A stretch of DNA of 64,000 nucleotides, taken from Amoebidium appalachense. Lineage: Eukaryota > Protista > Ichthyosporea. The translations under genes and the position numbers were made by a program. The stretch is taken from contig CAVNZM010000021.1 in NCBI GenBank assembly GCA_963693365.1, forward strand, positions 1-64,000. The letters are read 5' to 3'. Within the stretch, counting starts at the first letter, position 1, and each line of letters opens with the position of its first letter. This document shows, in pieces, positions 21,205 through 31,765 of this stretch. The notes beneath the pieces were generated by a model that saw only the letters and a program-made list of their open reading frames with translations, made no database searches and had not been told where the DNA came from.

Positions 21205-21954
21205 ATGGCTCTCTACCCCGAGTACCCCAACCCAAGCCACATAGCCCCTCCTCTTCCCGACCAACGTGTATCACCGGGTACTGTGGTGTCCGTGAATCCC
21301 GTCAACCTGACTCAAAGCGTATGCCACTACTGCTGCCACCCTTTCACGGGGCCTCTGGTCGCAATACCAATACGATTCAAGGCGGAAAAGGAACTGTTTT
21401 ATTGTACACCCAACGTGTTTTGTTCTTTCGCGTGCGCCCGAGCGCATCTGAAGGTGATGCCTGGGTACGTCAAAGCCCGCGCCCCCTCTCTGCTGTCGAT
21501 GATGTATCGAAGAATGGGGGGCAGCTGGAAAACGTGGCCGAACCCCGCCCCTCCGCGGTCTGTGCTCAAGCTGTTTGGGGGCAACATGGACATCGAGGAG
21601 TTCCGTGCGGCGTCGCGGAAGGGGGCGCATGCCGTGCAGCTGTCGAGCTGCCCGTTCGTGCTGGAGGAGCTGTACGTCGTGTCCAGACACGCCATCAAGG
21701 AGGGGCCCAGGCGGCCCGCGCCGCTCCCCGCACCCCCCACGACAGACGGAGGCCAGCATCATGGGGTTCCTGACGGCACGGTGACGCAACTAAAAGGGGG
21801 ACACGTCAAGCATCCCAACGGGATTGACCTTGATGAGACCCCAGTTGTGGTCGGACGGCACACTGATGTACCGTGGGTCTCGCCAGAAGCTGCACTGTCT
21901 TGGAATCCACCTGTTTCTGGCTTTCACGCACGCCTTGTACCCACGCCTAGCTGA
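21205..21954 (+). CDS. Viral late transcription factor VLTF2 (A1L-like)
   Basis: CHYCCHPF...FCSFACARA...PAPPRSVLKLFGGNMDIEEFR; TATA at 21168. Confidence 0.9.
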   Translation: MALYPEYPNPSHIAPPLPDQRVSPGTVVSVNPVNLTQSVCHYCCHPFTGPLVAIPIRFKAEKELFYCTPNVFCSFACARAHLKVMPGYVKARAPSLLSMMYRRMGGSWKTWPNPAPPRSVLKLFGGNMDIEEFRAASRKGAHAVQLSSCPFVLEELYVVSRHAIKEGPRRPAPLPAPPTTDGGQHHGVPDGTVTQLKGGHVKHPNGIDLDETPVVVGRHTDVPWVSPEAALSWNPPVSGFHARLVPTPS

Positions 21955-23000
21955 ACGTCCCCATGGCTGTCTGCGTCTGGTCGCTCGAGGCATTTGTCTC
22001 TGGAACAAATAAACCCAGTGGATTGACGCTTGGGGTTTCATAATGTGGCAGAATCCACGGGACCAGCAACCCCAACCCCTCCAGCGGCACAAACCCCCTC
22101 TTGAGAACCAGCCCCGATCCCAGGATTACGTGCACGTGGTCGCCCCTCGCCAGCGTGTTTGCGATTTCGAGAAGCTTGACGGTATCGAGCTCAAAGGCGG
22201 TGCCCTCGAAACGTTCGCTGACCCGCCGCAGGGCCTGGAGCGCGCGCAGCAGCAGGTCGTCCCCGTTAAGGTGTAGGTGTATCACGGACGGGCTGTTGAT
22301 GAACCGGTGGGTCTCCCAGCGGTACACGGCACTGCGGGCCATCTCGACGTACATGCGGCCTTCTAGGTGCGCCGGCAGACGTGCGGCACATCCGTGACTC
22401 CGGTAGAAGGCGACGGCAGCCTGGTAGGCCAGCGAGGTCTCAGAAGAGCGGAGTGTCATCACTGAGCTTGGTCAGCAGCTCCTTGTACTTTATACGCGAC
22501 GGCGGCTGCGGCATGACCTTGGCGAGCTTGCTGTCGATGAGGGCCTCCAGCTGGCGGTCGCGCTCGCGCCTGCGCTGCTCGCGCTCCTCGCCCTGCTGGT
22601 CACGGGTGGCCTGCAGGGACGTGGTGTGCTTCTCGAGCATCTCGCGCTGCTGCTGCACCTGCTGCTCGAGGGCGGCGATGTGCTCGCGGGCCTTCTCGTA
22701 CTCCTCGAGGCGCTTGTCGAGCTTCTCGTAGTTGGTGCGTGCCTGCTCCCAGTACTCGGCCTTCATCTTCTCCATGCGGTCGGCAAGCTCGGTCTTGGAC
22801 ACGATCTGCTGCTCCAGCTTCTCCTGCGTCTCCTTGACCCAGCGCTCCAGCTCCTTGTTGCGGCGGTCGTACGCCTCGAGGTCGGTGTTCTTCTGCAGGA
22901 TGGCGCGGCGGTACTCCTCCTGGGCGGCCTTGAACTCCTCCTGTGCGGCCTCGAACTTCTTCTCCATCATCTTGGCATCCAGTATAGCCCCGATGTCCAT
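21947..23000 (-). CDS. Coiled-coil protein, probably one gene frameshifted near 22445
   Basis: ORFs 22440-23000 and 21947-22462 overlap in different frames. Confidence 0.55.
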
Positions 23001-23034
23001 TGGTAGGGGACACAGAAAATAAAAGTGCACGTTT

Positions 23035-23739
23035 TCAATCCTCGTTGCCGTACGACTGGAACTTCCTGTCGCCCGCCCGGAAGCGGATGGAGGGCTCGGC
23101 CCGCCAGTAGTAGAGCTTGTCCTCGGGACGATTTGACTTGTGGGTGCGGTCCAGGACCAGGATGCCGTAGTTCTGGGTGTACTCGTTCAGCAGCTCGTTG
23201 AACTCCTTGAAGGACTCGATGAAGCCGAAGAAGCTCTCCCAGAGCTTCCGGCGTTCCAGCTGGCTGTCCTCGGCGAACACGAAGAGACAGTTGATGTTGT
23301 TGCGGTACTCGGGCGGGATGCTCTTTGCGTACTGGATGCTCATGAGGTAGAACCAGTTGAAGTGGCGGCCGTTGAAGAAGATCTGGCGGATGGTGGGGTC
23401 GTTCTTGAGCTGCTTGTCGTAGATGACGTCCTCGGCAATGCAGAAGATGTTTGGGGAGGTGCGCTTGGTCCAGCCCTTGACCCTGTCCTTCTGGCGCTCA
23501 TAGAGCTGGCGCAGCTCGGTGGGGCGGAACTCGTTGTAGATGAACGCCTTGTTGAGGTAGCGGCCCCAGAACTGGTTGCCGTCCTCGGTGGCGCTCATGG
23601 CGATGCCGGCACTGAGGTACTTGCGCTTGTGGTAGAGGACGTTCGCCATGGCGATGCTCTTGCCGCTGCCGCGGGGCCCGACAAAGACGCACACGGCCTC
23701 GGGGGGGATGGTGTTCGGATAGAACGGCTGGAGCTTCAT
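23035..23739 (-). CDS. A32-like genome packaging ATPase
   Basis: Walker A GPRGSGKS, Walker B IAEDV, FFNGRHF, SIQY...IPPEYRNN. Confidence 0.96.
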   Translation of the reverse strand: MKLQPFYPNTIPPEAVCVFVGPRGSGKSIAMANVLYHKRKYLSAGIAMSATEDGNQFWGRYLNKAFIYNEFRPTELRQLYERQKDRVKGWTKRTSPNIFCIAEDVIYDKQLKNDPTIRQIFFNGRHFNWFYLMSIQYAKSIPPEYRNNINCLFVFAEDSQLERRKLWESFFGFIESFKEFNELLNEYTQNYGILVLDRTHKSNRPEDKLYYWRAEPSIRFRAGDRKFQSYGNED

Positions 23740-23908
23740 GTCTGCAGTAGGGCGAGAAATCATCTGGGCGGGGCACCGGCAAGCAAACTGGCCCAATGCA
23801 TATCAAACTGGCCATATGCATGACGAAGAACAATAAGCTCAACAACAACCCCCCCCCCCCCCCCCCCCCCCCCCAATTCCCCTACTCCCCACCAGCCGCC
23901 CGATTCCC

Positions 23909-24418
23909 CTACTCCCCACCAGCCGCCCGCTGGGAGAGGTACTCGACAGGCACAAACTCGAGAAGTGCCGTCGTTGTGTACACGCTACGTCTACTCACAT
24001 GCATGCCGCAAACACGGGCACGGTTCTTGAAGCGTATGTACGAGGCATTGTGGCTGTTGTCGTGTGGTCCCCATGTTATGTTCATCCCGAACCGGTCCTC
24101 CTCCTCCTCATCGCCATAAAGCACGAGGTACAGCACAAGCGGCACGCCCTGGAGGTTCACGTTCATTTTCCACGCGTACATGCCCCGCCCCGCCTCATTC
24201 TGCGTGGACCACTCGGCCACATGCTCAATCAGCAGCAAGAATTCGTCCTCCCCATCCTCGGTGTCCTCGCACGGCAATGTCAGTTTCAAATACGTGCTGG
24301 CGGGGCGTATGAGGCTCAGCAGCTCGGCGAGATCCGAGCCGTTGTCTATAAAAGACGCTGCGGTTGGCGAGGGGTAGCCGTCGGCCTGGTTGGCAAGCAG
24401 CGAGTCAATGTTTCCCAT
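23909..24418 (-). CDS. Hypothetical protein
   Basis: MGNIDSLL start; 27-bp duplication at the stop. Confidence 0.6.
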   Translation of the reverse strand: MGNIDSLLANQADGYPSPTAASFIDNGSDLAELLSLIRPASTYLKLTLPCEDTEDGEDEFLLLIEHVAEWSTQNEAGRGMYAWKMNVNLQGVPLVLYLVLYGDEEEEDRFGMNITWGPHDNSHNASYIRFKNRARVCGMHVSRRSVYTTTALLEFVPVEYLSQRAAGGE

Positions 24419-24589
24419 ACGACAGGGCAACATTATTCTGACCTCGAGCAGTGTTTCACGTCCGTGGCGCCGCGACGAGCAAACTGCCCATCTATAAAAG
24501 GCACCGCATACTCCCCCTAACCCCATCCCATCCACCTCCCTCGCCCGCCCCCCCCCCGCCCCCCCCCCCACCCCCCGCTGGCCTACCAT

Positions 24590-24809
24590 TCGTCACGTGA
24601 CTTACATAGAACAGGATGCACTGTGAGCTGCAAGCTGGTAGCTCAGGCTACCGCTCGTCACGTGACCTGTAAGGGACATCAGCCAATCATAGAGGAGTGG
24701 TGGCTGTAGCCACCGGTCGTCACGTGACCTGTATGGGACATCAGCCAATCATAGAGGAGTGGTGGCTGCGCCATGGCGATGCTCTTGCCACTGCCACGGG
24801 GGCCGACAA
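24590..24809. repeat. Tandem CCAAT/palindrome/GTCACGTGAC cassettes ending in an A32 fragment
   Basis: TCGTCACGTGAC at 24590, 24655, 24717; 62-bp period; 24769-24809 matches 23644-23684 at 38/41 nt. Confidence 0.88.
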
Positions 24810-25162
24810 GCCAAGCAGTTGACTACAGCCGGTTAAAATACCAAGGTGTCGCTTCCAGATGCCTGCAGTCTCGTGATCGGAATACCGTGTGTGTGTGTGT
24901 GGAGATGAAGGAGGGGCGGCTCGGGGTTACGTTTTCTTTCTCTTGTGCTTCCTGTGCTTTTTGGGCTTTGGTTTATTCTGTGACTAACTCTCTTAGTACT
25001 CCACGCAAACCACTTCTTCATCCGTGCCATACCCGTGGCCAATAAGAAGCTTCTAATAGCACGGACCACGCTGAAACAGTTTCCGGGGCCCCCCTGCCCC
25101 CCTTCCCTTTCTATCTTTCTTTTTTTCTTTTCTCCCCCTCCCCCCCCCCCCTCCCACCCCCC

Positions 25163-25729
25163 TCAGCTACACTGCACGCGCTTCTCCCTGATGGCCGCCG
25201 TGATGCCGTCCAGGTCGATATCATCGGACAGCTCAATCGGCCTGTTCGGATGCAGCAGCGCGTTGGCCAGCAGCACCACAAACGCCCGGTGCCCCACGCT
25301 GTACGGCCTCGACCGGTCGAGCGCCACAATAAACACGGCCTCGTCCGACTCCTTCTTGACCACGAACGACATGAGCGACCCCTCGTTCTCCACAAACGCA
25401 ATAACCACGGCTCCGGCCTCGACCTTGCTCACGAGCCTCTGCAGCTCCATGAGCTCGCCGGGGCTGTCGGAGATCAGCAGCTTGGAGAACAGGCTGAACT
25501 GGATGCCCGTGAAGCTGTTGAGCGCGCGCAGCAGGAACTTGCCCAGCGAGTAGCTGTTCTCCACCAGCAGGCTCTTGAGCGAGATCATGGTCTCCTCGCG
25601 GTCCGGCCGCGGCATGCTCTCGAGCGCGGCGGCGGCGTCGACCGAGTCATACACGCACTCGTACCAGCTCTTGTATCCGGTCACGGGGAGGGCATACTGG
25701 TGCCATTCGACATAGAAGCGCATCGGCAT
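25163..25729 (-). CDS. Hypothetical protein
   Basis: ORF with GC-rich third codon positions. Confidence 0.65.
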   Translation of the reverse strand: MPMRFYVEWHQYALPVTGYKSWYECVYDSVDAAAALESMPRPDREETMISLKSLLVENSYSLGKFLLRALNSFTGIQFSLFSKLLISDSPGELMELQRLVSKVEAGAVVIAFVENEGSLMSFVVKKESDEAVFIVALDRSRPYSVGHRAFVVLLANALLHPNRPIELSDDIDLDGITAAIREKRVQCS

Positions 25730-25769
25730 TGAGTAGGGGGCAGATAATTGTGGGGGGTGGAGCAAAAGG

Positions 25770-27188
25770 TTATGGGAAGCGGATGGTCGGCCAATTTTCC
25801 TGTCGTGCTAGGTCGTTCCATGCCTCCATGACCACTCTGAATCCTGTGTAGTTGTTGGCAAGCTGTTCCTGGTTACCCGACTTCCCCCCAATCCTGATAT
25901 GTTGCACGTGTCTACGCACCAGGCACTTAAACTCAAACTCAAAATTCCGAGCCTCGATCTTGTCTTTTGCTGGAATGGCAAGGAGCACGTTATCCAAAAT
26001 CTTGTCACGGCATTTCTCCTTTTTGTAGCGCTTGGCAATGCCATCTTGTCCGGTCATTCCAAACATCAGCGTGCCATCGCAGTTGTCGACAAAGTACATG
26101 CATGGTCCGGTCTTTGCTTTGTCTGTTACCTCCTTATTGAGCTCGCCGAGGACGTAAAACCGCGAGTCGAGGCGCGACAGCAGGGCCTGTGACTCTTTAT
26201 TCTGTTCGTGTGCTAGGGCCATTGTTCTCCTCTTGGCCTCCTCCTTCCGTTCACACTCCTCAGCCCGGGCCCTTGCTTCTTCCACCCTGGCCCTGGCAAT
26301 GCGCTCCTCCTCGTCTGCTCTAACCTGAGCTGCTAGTGCCTCTGGGTTGAGGTTAACTGCAGCCTGTTTCTGAAGCATCACCACCTTCTCCGCAAGCTCG
26401 ATTGCCCTCTCTGGTAGATATCCACCATTCTTCTTCATCATCCAATATTTGATGTCTGTTTCAACCACCACCATTCGCGGCCGCTTAACAACTATCGTGT
26501 CTGGTGTAGACGGTCTCTTTCCGATTGCCTCGGTCATGTCGATGTGCACTGACTGTGTGTGAGATCCGTCGCCGCGTCCGTGGTCTGCAATACGGACAAG
26601 ATCCTTCAAAAAATCCATATTGCCGAGGTGTGACTTCAGCATCACGTCGTCCCAGAAGGTAAGGAGCGACGGAAAGCAGTAACGCAGGAATGCGGGTGCC
26701 AGTTCAAAGGCCATCCACGCCCCTCGATACATTTCCAGCTCTGGTTCCATCTCATGAGTAACATAGCAATTGTTCGGTAGTTTTTTGATTCTTGTATACT
26801 GCCCGCGAACCAGCCAATCCGGGGAACTTCCTTCCGGTAAGAAGTTCCTTTTGCATAGTGTAAATGTTTTATCTACGACCGACTTGTTGTTGATGACCCA
26901 TTGAGCAGCACCCTTTCTTGTTTGCTCCTCCTTCGATGCACTCATGGCCGAGTACCCCGCGTTGAAGAAGACATGCCCGGCGAACTTTGTCAGGTACGTG
27001 AGCACGCTCCCCCCATCTGGCGCAAAAAATGGGCGAACGCCGGGCCACTCGGGCACAGAGCTCGTGTCCACGCGTGTTTCGATTTCCGGGTGCCATTCTG
27101 GGCCCAGAGGGGTGTGGGTTGCTGCAGAATTCTTTTGGACACGGTCGTATGCAGGCGGTGGGGCACTGGGGACGTGTGCTGTGGCCAT
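25770..27188 (-). CDS. Divergent KilA-N plus T5orf172/GIY-YIG-like protein
   Basis: HVFFNAGY...RGAWMAFELAPAFLRY; C-terminal CMYFVD...MFGMT...KRY. Confidence 0.75.
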   Translation of the reverse strand: MATAHVPSAPPPAYDRVQKNSAATHTPLGPEWHPEIETRVDTSSVPEWPGVRPFFAPDGGSVLTYLTKFAGHVFFNAGYSAMSASKEEQTRKGAAQWVINNKSVVDKTFTLCKRNFLPEGSSPDWLVRGQYTRIKKLPNNCYVTHEMEPELEMYRGAWMAFELAPAFLRYCFPSLLTFWDDVMLKSHLGNMDFLKDLVRIADHGRGDGSHTQSVHIDMTEAIGKRPSTPDTIVVKRPRMVVVETDIKYWMMKKNGGYLPERAIELAEKVVMLQKQAAVNLNPEALAAQVRADEEERIARARVEEARARAEECERKEEAKRRTMALAHEQNKESQALLSRLDSRFYVLGELNKEVTDKAKTGPCMYFVDNCDGTLMFGMTGQDGIAKRYKKEKCRDKILDNVLLAIPAKDKIEARNFEFEFKCLVRRHVQHIRIGGKSGNQEQLANNYTGFRVVMEAWNDLARQENWPTIRFP

Positions 27189-27341
27189 TGCTAATGGCAC
27201 AGAAAAAAAACAATAATGAAAAAAAAGAATGGGAGAAAAGGGAGAAGACCGCGAACCCACCACAACCCCAAACCGCCCAAGGTACCCCATCCATACGCAG
27301 CAAACCACACCCACAGACCGGAGAACACGTTTGCCCATCCC

Positions 27342-28178
27342 TCACAGCTTGCTGGCAGCTCGCTCCAATTGTTCGGCCTGCAGCTGCTGCTGCCACAAGC
27401 TGAACAGCAGCGAGTCCGTCTTGCGTGTGCATGCCAGGAGCCCATTGACCCGACACGACACGTTGGTCCCGCCCACGCCCACGCAGCCATTGCTGAAGCA
27501 CAGCGTCTTGCCGTTGCTGCCCTTGTGGGCGTTGATGAGGTTGCCGGCCAGCGTTGCCTCGGCCGTGTTGCCGGACGCCTTGTCGCTGTGGAACAGCTTC
27601 ATGAAACGCGTTGCCTCCCTCTTGGCAGCATCACGGTCGATGGGTATGGGGGGGAGTAGATGATCCTTCTTGAGCCCGTCAAAGTAGAATGAGCCAAACA
27701 GGGAGTGGAGCCAATCCTTGCAAAACTTTGCCTTGTCGGCCGCAAAGGCCAGTCGATGGAGACAGTTCTCACCCCATTGAACCTTCCCGCTTAAAAGCTC
27801 CACCAGGACCCCATCCAAATTTTTCCGGAGTGAAACCGCCAGGTCGACAACTTCCTTCTTCCGACCCTTCCGGGTCATGGTTTTCTTGTAACGATTCTTG
27901 GCGGCCTGTGCGTTAGCCCGAGTCTTGGCTTTAATGTTGGGTCGGTCAAGGATGCAGCGCTCGTCCTTGCACTTGGCAGCATGGGTGGCGTGGGCGGTCC
28001 AGGTTCCCGCAACGTACCCACACGCCGACCTTGTGAGACCCAGCGCCGACAACCATGAATCCGTGGGGACGCACTCTGGGTGTGTCTTACGGCGCTTGTT
28101 GATGTGTCGCACCAGCTGGTAGCGATGGCTCTCAAAGCCACACGCACAGGCGGCCTGGTTCCATGACTGGAGTGGCAT
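27342..28178 (-). CDS. Cys/His-rich protein with a J-domain-like segment
   Basis: CACG...RH...H cluster; REATRFMKLFHSDK. Confidence 0.5.
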   Translation of the reverse strand: MPLQSWNQAACACGFESHRYQLVRHINKRRKTHPECVPTDSWLSALGLTRSACGYVAGTWTAHATHAAKCKDERCILDRPNIKAKTRANAQAAKNRYKKTMTRKGRKKEVVDLAVSLRKNLDGVLVELLSGKVQWGENCLHRLAFAADKAKFCKDWLHSLFGSFYFDGLKKDHLLPPIPIDRDAAKREATRFMKLFHSDKASGNTAEATLAGNLINAHKGSNGKTLCFSNGCVGVGGTNVSCRVNGLLACTRKTDSLLFSLWQQQLQAEQLERAASKL

Positions 28179-28558
28179 GATGTAAAGCTGCGACAATAAA
28201 AGGAGAATAGGGTTGACGTGTCGCCCCGTTCTGTTGCGATTGGGGAGAAAAAGATGAATTGGGGTATGGTTTTCTGATTGATTTTAGGAGAAGGAGTGGA
28301 ATCGATTAACCTGTTCTCTATGAAAACGTGGACCAGATGGTGACAGAATTCGGCGACTTCTCTCTGGTTTGGTAAGAAAAGGGTTGTGTTGATCAGAAGT
28401 GTTGATCTGGAGAATATGTTACGCTTATATACCTGCACCCCCCCAATCCTTTGTTCTGGTGGAAGAACTGTCCTCGGAACTGTCCTTGGTATCTTCTTTA
28501 TGCTGGCGTAACCAGTACACAGGCGCTCATTAGCGCTAGCCTCTGACCAAGGAGTGTC

Positions 28559-28675
28559 CTAGGCAAGCGCCAAGGTCGACCAGCCCTCCTCAATAGCGCA
28601 GCTGTTCCATTTCTCCATCACAGATCTGAACAGCTCATAGTCGTTACCGATGTTTTCAGACCCATCAATTTTCAT
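28559..28675 (-). pseudogene. C-terminal remnant of another KilA-N/T5orf172 paralog
   Basis: ENIGNDYELFRSVMEKWN...EEGWSTL resembles EQLANNYTGFRVVMEAWN...QENWPTI of 25770-27188; upstream sequence is garbled. Confidence 0.6.
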
Positions 28676-28881
28676 GGAATTTTCATTTTTTTTTCAACGT
28701 TTTTTTTCTCTTTTTCGTGCAGCGTTTGTTGTTCTGGGGGGATGGAGCATCTGGGCCTTTGTTAACCGTTGGGCCCAGAAGGGGGTTTTTTTTTTCCCGG
28801 CCCTCCCCCGTGACAAAAAATTTTTTTTTGGGGGGTATTTTTAAAAAAAAAAAAAATTTTTCGGGGTTTTGTTTTTTTTTT

Positions 28882-28912
<31 letters not shown>

Positions 28913-28989
28913 GGCCCCCGCCCGCCCCGGGTTTTTTTCTTTTTTCCCCCCCCTAAAAAAAAAAAAAAAAAAAATTTTTTCCAACCAGA

Positions 28990-30324
28990 TCACACCAGCC
29001 GAATATCATCCTCTCCGTAAACTTCCTTGAACGCATTTGAGACGCGTACATAGTCCGCGGCAAACATCTCCCGCTTGTTCCCAACTGCACACCTCACCGG
29101 CTTCAGTTGGTTCTGCACCAGTTTCTCGAACTGCTCGGCCTCCTTCTTGTTGCGGTGGGGCATGCACAGGATGATAAGCTCCTTCATGTCATGGGACCAG
29201 AGGTCATACTTGTAGCGTTCGAATAGAGAGTTCCCTGTGTGCCCAATCTTGATGTAGCCGTCGATGTGCAGTGCGTACACACATGCCCCTGCCGCCGCCT
29301 TGAGAGACCACTCGAAGTTTAGCTGCCGCCAGGCCACAAAGTGCACGTCCAGTCCCTTGAGCTCGGCCTTCATCTCGCGCACAGCCTTGACCATGGCAAG
29401 CGTGGAGTCGATGCCCCGCTGTATTGTGTCCTGTTTGGCTTTCTCGGTACGCTCAGCCTCCTCGGCGCGCTTGACAGCGGCGAGCGCTTCGGGGTTGTCA
29501 TTGGTACAGAAATCGCGATGTACAGTAACCACAAAGTGGTGCAGCTGCTTCATGGCCGTGTCAAAATCAACCCCGGGTTTGAACCAGCGATCCGGATCGA
29601 GCATGGCATCCAGTGTGCTTCGTTTGACCACTGCCGACTCGGCGTCCTCTTCTCGCTCACGCTTCCGGGACCCCTCGTTCATGTCGATGGTCACGGACCG
29701 AGTCCTGCATCCATCACCTCGTCCCTGGTCGGCAATGCGAATCAACTCGGGGAAGAAGTCCATCTGGCCCAGGTGCGACTTGACCATCACCCCGTCCCAG
29801 AACTGGCGCAGGTCGGGAAAGCAGTAGCGCAGAAAGGGGGCCGTCAGCTCGAAAGCCATCCAGGTGCCACGAAACATCTCGAGGGTGGGTGTCAGGCCAT
29901 GAGTTGCAAATGCACATACAACAGAGTTATCGGGTTGAGAAACTGTAGGGAGCTTCTTGATGTTGGCATAACCCGACCGTATCAGCCAATCAGAGGAGAG
30001 GCGCTCGTGAGCGCTTGTCCTCTGAATCAGCCTCAGTACATCTTCCACTAAAGCAGAATTGTTCCTCTTCCAATCCATGGGTTTCTTTTTTACCCCCGCC
30101 TCCTCAGCCCCCTTGCCCGCCGAGTACCCCGCGTTGAAAAACACGTGCCCGTCGTACTTGCTGAGCCACGTGAGCACCCTCCCCCCGTCGGGCGCGTAGA
30201 ACGGGCGCACCCCGGGCCAGTCGGGCACGGACGAGGTGTCGACACGCGCCTCATTGCCAGGAGCGGGCTTCCAGGTGGGCCCGATGACGGGAGTGGAATA
30301 GGGCGGGGGGTTGTACCGTGCCAT
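28990..30324 (-). CDS. Divergent KilA-N plus T5orf172/GIY-YIG-like protein
   Basis: Paralog of 25770-27188; CVYAL...YIKIGHT...ERY...REMF; TATA at 30356-30366. Confidence 0.82.
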   Translation of the reverse strand: MARYNPPPYSTPVIGPTWKPAPGNEARVDTSSVPDWPGVRPFYAPDGGRVLTWLSKYDGHVFFNAGYSAGKGAEEAGVKKKPMDWKRNNSALVEDVLRLIQRTSAHERLSSDWLIRSGYANIKKLPTVSQPDNSVVCAFATHGLTPTLEMFRGTWMAFELTAPFLRYCFPDLRQFWDGVMVKSHLGQMDFFPELIRIADQGRGDGCRTRSVTIDMNEGSRKREREEDAESAVVKRSTLDAMLDPDRWFKPGVDFDTAMKQLHHFVVTVHRDFCTNDNPEALAAVKRAEEAERTEKAKQDTIQRGIDSTLAMVKAVREMKAELKGLDVHFVAWRQLNFEWSLKAAAGACVYALHIDGYIKIGHTGNSLFERYKYDLWSHDMKELIILCMPHRNKKEAEQFEKLVQNQLKPVRCAVGNKREMFAADYVRVSNAFKEVYGEDDIRLV

Positions 30325-30336
30325 GGCGCAGGTGGT

Positions 30337-30651
30337 TTAGACTGGCGTTTGTCGCCCTTTTATACCTTCTGACCCCACGAAACCCCCCAACGTCATTAGA
30401 AACGTACCTAGAAACGTACGCAGGTAGTTGGTTTCATCGTCATACCAGAGATTGTATCTGTTGTAAACGTGTGTATTGATGGCATGGAACTGACTGTCCA
30501 TTATGGAATCGCTGGCAATATCAAGTACCGACATACACCCCGCATTATACAAAGCCACACACAAAAGGTCCTGCAACCTAACGGTAGACAAGGGGAGTGG
30601 TTGTACAAATAAAACATCGGCGCAAACTGCAACGCACAAGTTGTATTGCAT
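30337..30651 (-). CDS. Hypothetical protein
   Basis: ORF only; overlaps the TATA of the next gene. Confidence 0.3.
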   Translation of the reverse strand: MQYNLCVAVCADVLFVQPLPLSTVRLQDLLCVALYNAGCMSVLDIASDSIMDSQFHAINTHVYNRYNLWYDDETNYLRTFLGTFLMTLGGFVGSEGIKGRQTPV

Positions 30652-30692
30652 TTTATTCGTAACCCCCCCCCCCCCCCCCAAAACCCCAGACT

Positions 30693-31289
30693 CTACTTCA
30701 CGTCCAGCGTGGTTGGCTTGGAGAACTTGATGTAGAGATGGAAGCCGTTGACGGTCAGATCAACATTCGCGAGGTCGGTTTCGTCGACCGTGCAGCGATA
30801 TGATTCGCCAATGCCCAGCGAGAAGTTGCTGAGGAGGCGCACCCTTGTAGGACGGTTCTCGTCACTCTCGCTGCAAAACTCCATGCGGGCAATTTCGTAG
30901 TGCGGAATTTGAGCGTCTCCTCTGAAACACGAAATCAGCAGATTCTCACCTTCAAGAATGCATCGACCCTTTGGGGTGGAGCGTATCCTCATAGGCACCC
31001 AGGGCTGAGAACGACGCCACGAGCGGTCATAGCCGTCTGTGGTGACACATGAAACTGAAATAAAATACTTGACAAGAATCTGGTCGTGGCCAGTAGGTCG
31101 CTCGTAAACTGCCTTGCACAGTGCCGGAATTGCATATAGACAATCGCTCACAGTCGAGCGCCCCTCATACCAGGGAGTTCCCAGTCTCATGACCGCGGCC
31201 ACCTCAGTGTCGTTGTCTCTACTGAAGGGCGCGCGCTCTCTTGGCCGAATACCCATCCATGCCACGAAATCTGCCTTCTCGGGTGTCAT
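30693..31289 (-). CDS. Hypothetical protein
   Basis: ATG ORF with a CCAAT cluster upstream and AATAAA downstream. Confidence 0.6.
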   Translation of the reverse strand: MTPEKADFVAWMGIRPRERAPFSRDNDTEVAAVMRLGTPWYEGRSTVSDCLYAIPALCKAVYERPTGHDQILVKYFISVSCVTTDGYDRSWRRSQPWVPMRIRSTPKGRCILEGENLLISCFRGDAQIPHYEIARMEFCSESDENRPTRVRLLSNFSLGIGESYRCTVDETDLANVDLTVNGFHLYIKFSKPTTLDVK

Positions 31290-31505
31290 TTTTCAAAAAC
31301 GAGTTCAAATGCACTATGGAACAGAGTAAATGGCACGCTACAAGTTTTTCTCCACCTTGGAAGGGTGGGCCGCGATATCCGATTGGCTGTGATTTAATTG
31401 GATCTTCGATTGATTACGCGAGCCAATCACCGATCACGAATTTAACGAATCTGCATTCCAGGCATTCCGCTGAAGATCTGTACAGCCATCATCGCGCTGG
31501 GGCTT

Positions 31506-31763
31506 CTACAAACCCCCCTTTGTGATTTCCAGCGCCAGGATCAGCAGCAGCAGCAGCACGATGAAGTCAAGGCGCCTGAGCACGGGGTCACGCGAGAACC
31601 AGCGCCCCCCGGGCTGGGTAGCCCCACGTAGGTAGCCTATGCCTGAACCACCGTGTGTGCGCGCCACGCGGCCCGGGTGCCGCTGCACGTCGGTGGTGAT
31701 GGGCGGGAACAGGGCGTCCAGTGGGTTGTCGACATTGAAGTTGACCGAGTTGTACAGACTCAT
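31506..31763 (-). CDS. Small tail-anchored membrane protein
   Basis: DFIVLLLLLILALEI. Confidence 0.6.
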   Translation of the reverse strand: MSLYNSVNFNVDNPLDALFPPITTDVQRHPGRVARTHGGSGIGYLRGATQPGGRWFSRDPVLRRLDFIVLLLLLILALEITKGGL

Positions 31764-31765
31764 TG

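Noticed and set aside
23740-23765. Possible 3' splice site just upstream of the A32 ATG
   Set aside because: A32 appears complete from ATG 23739 and no donor or upstream exon was identified.
28680-28985. Homopolymer-only stretch as a biological low-complexity element
   Set aside because: It looks like degraded consensus. It directly precedes a recognisable paralog C-terminus, so it is probably garbled coding sequence.
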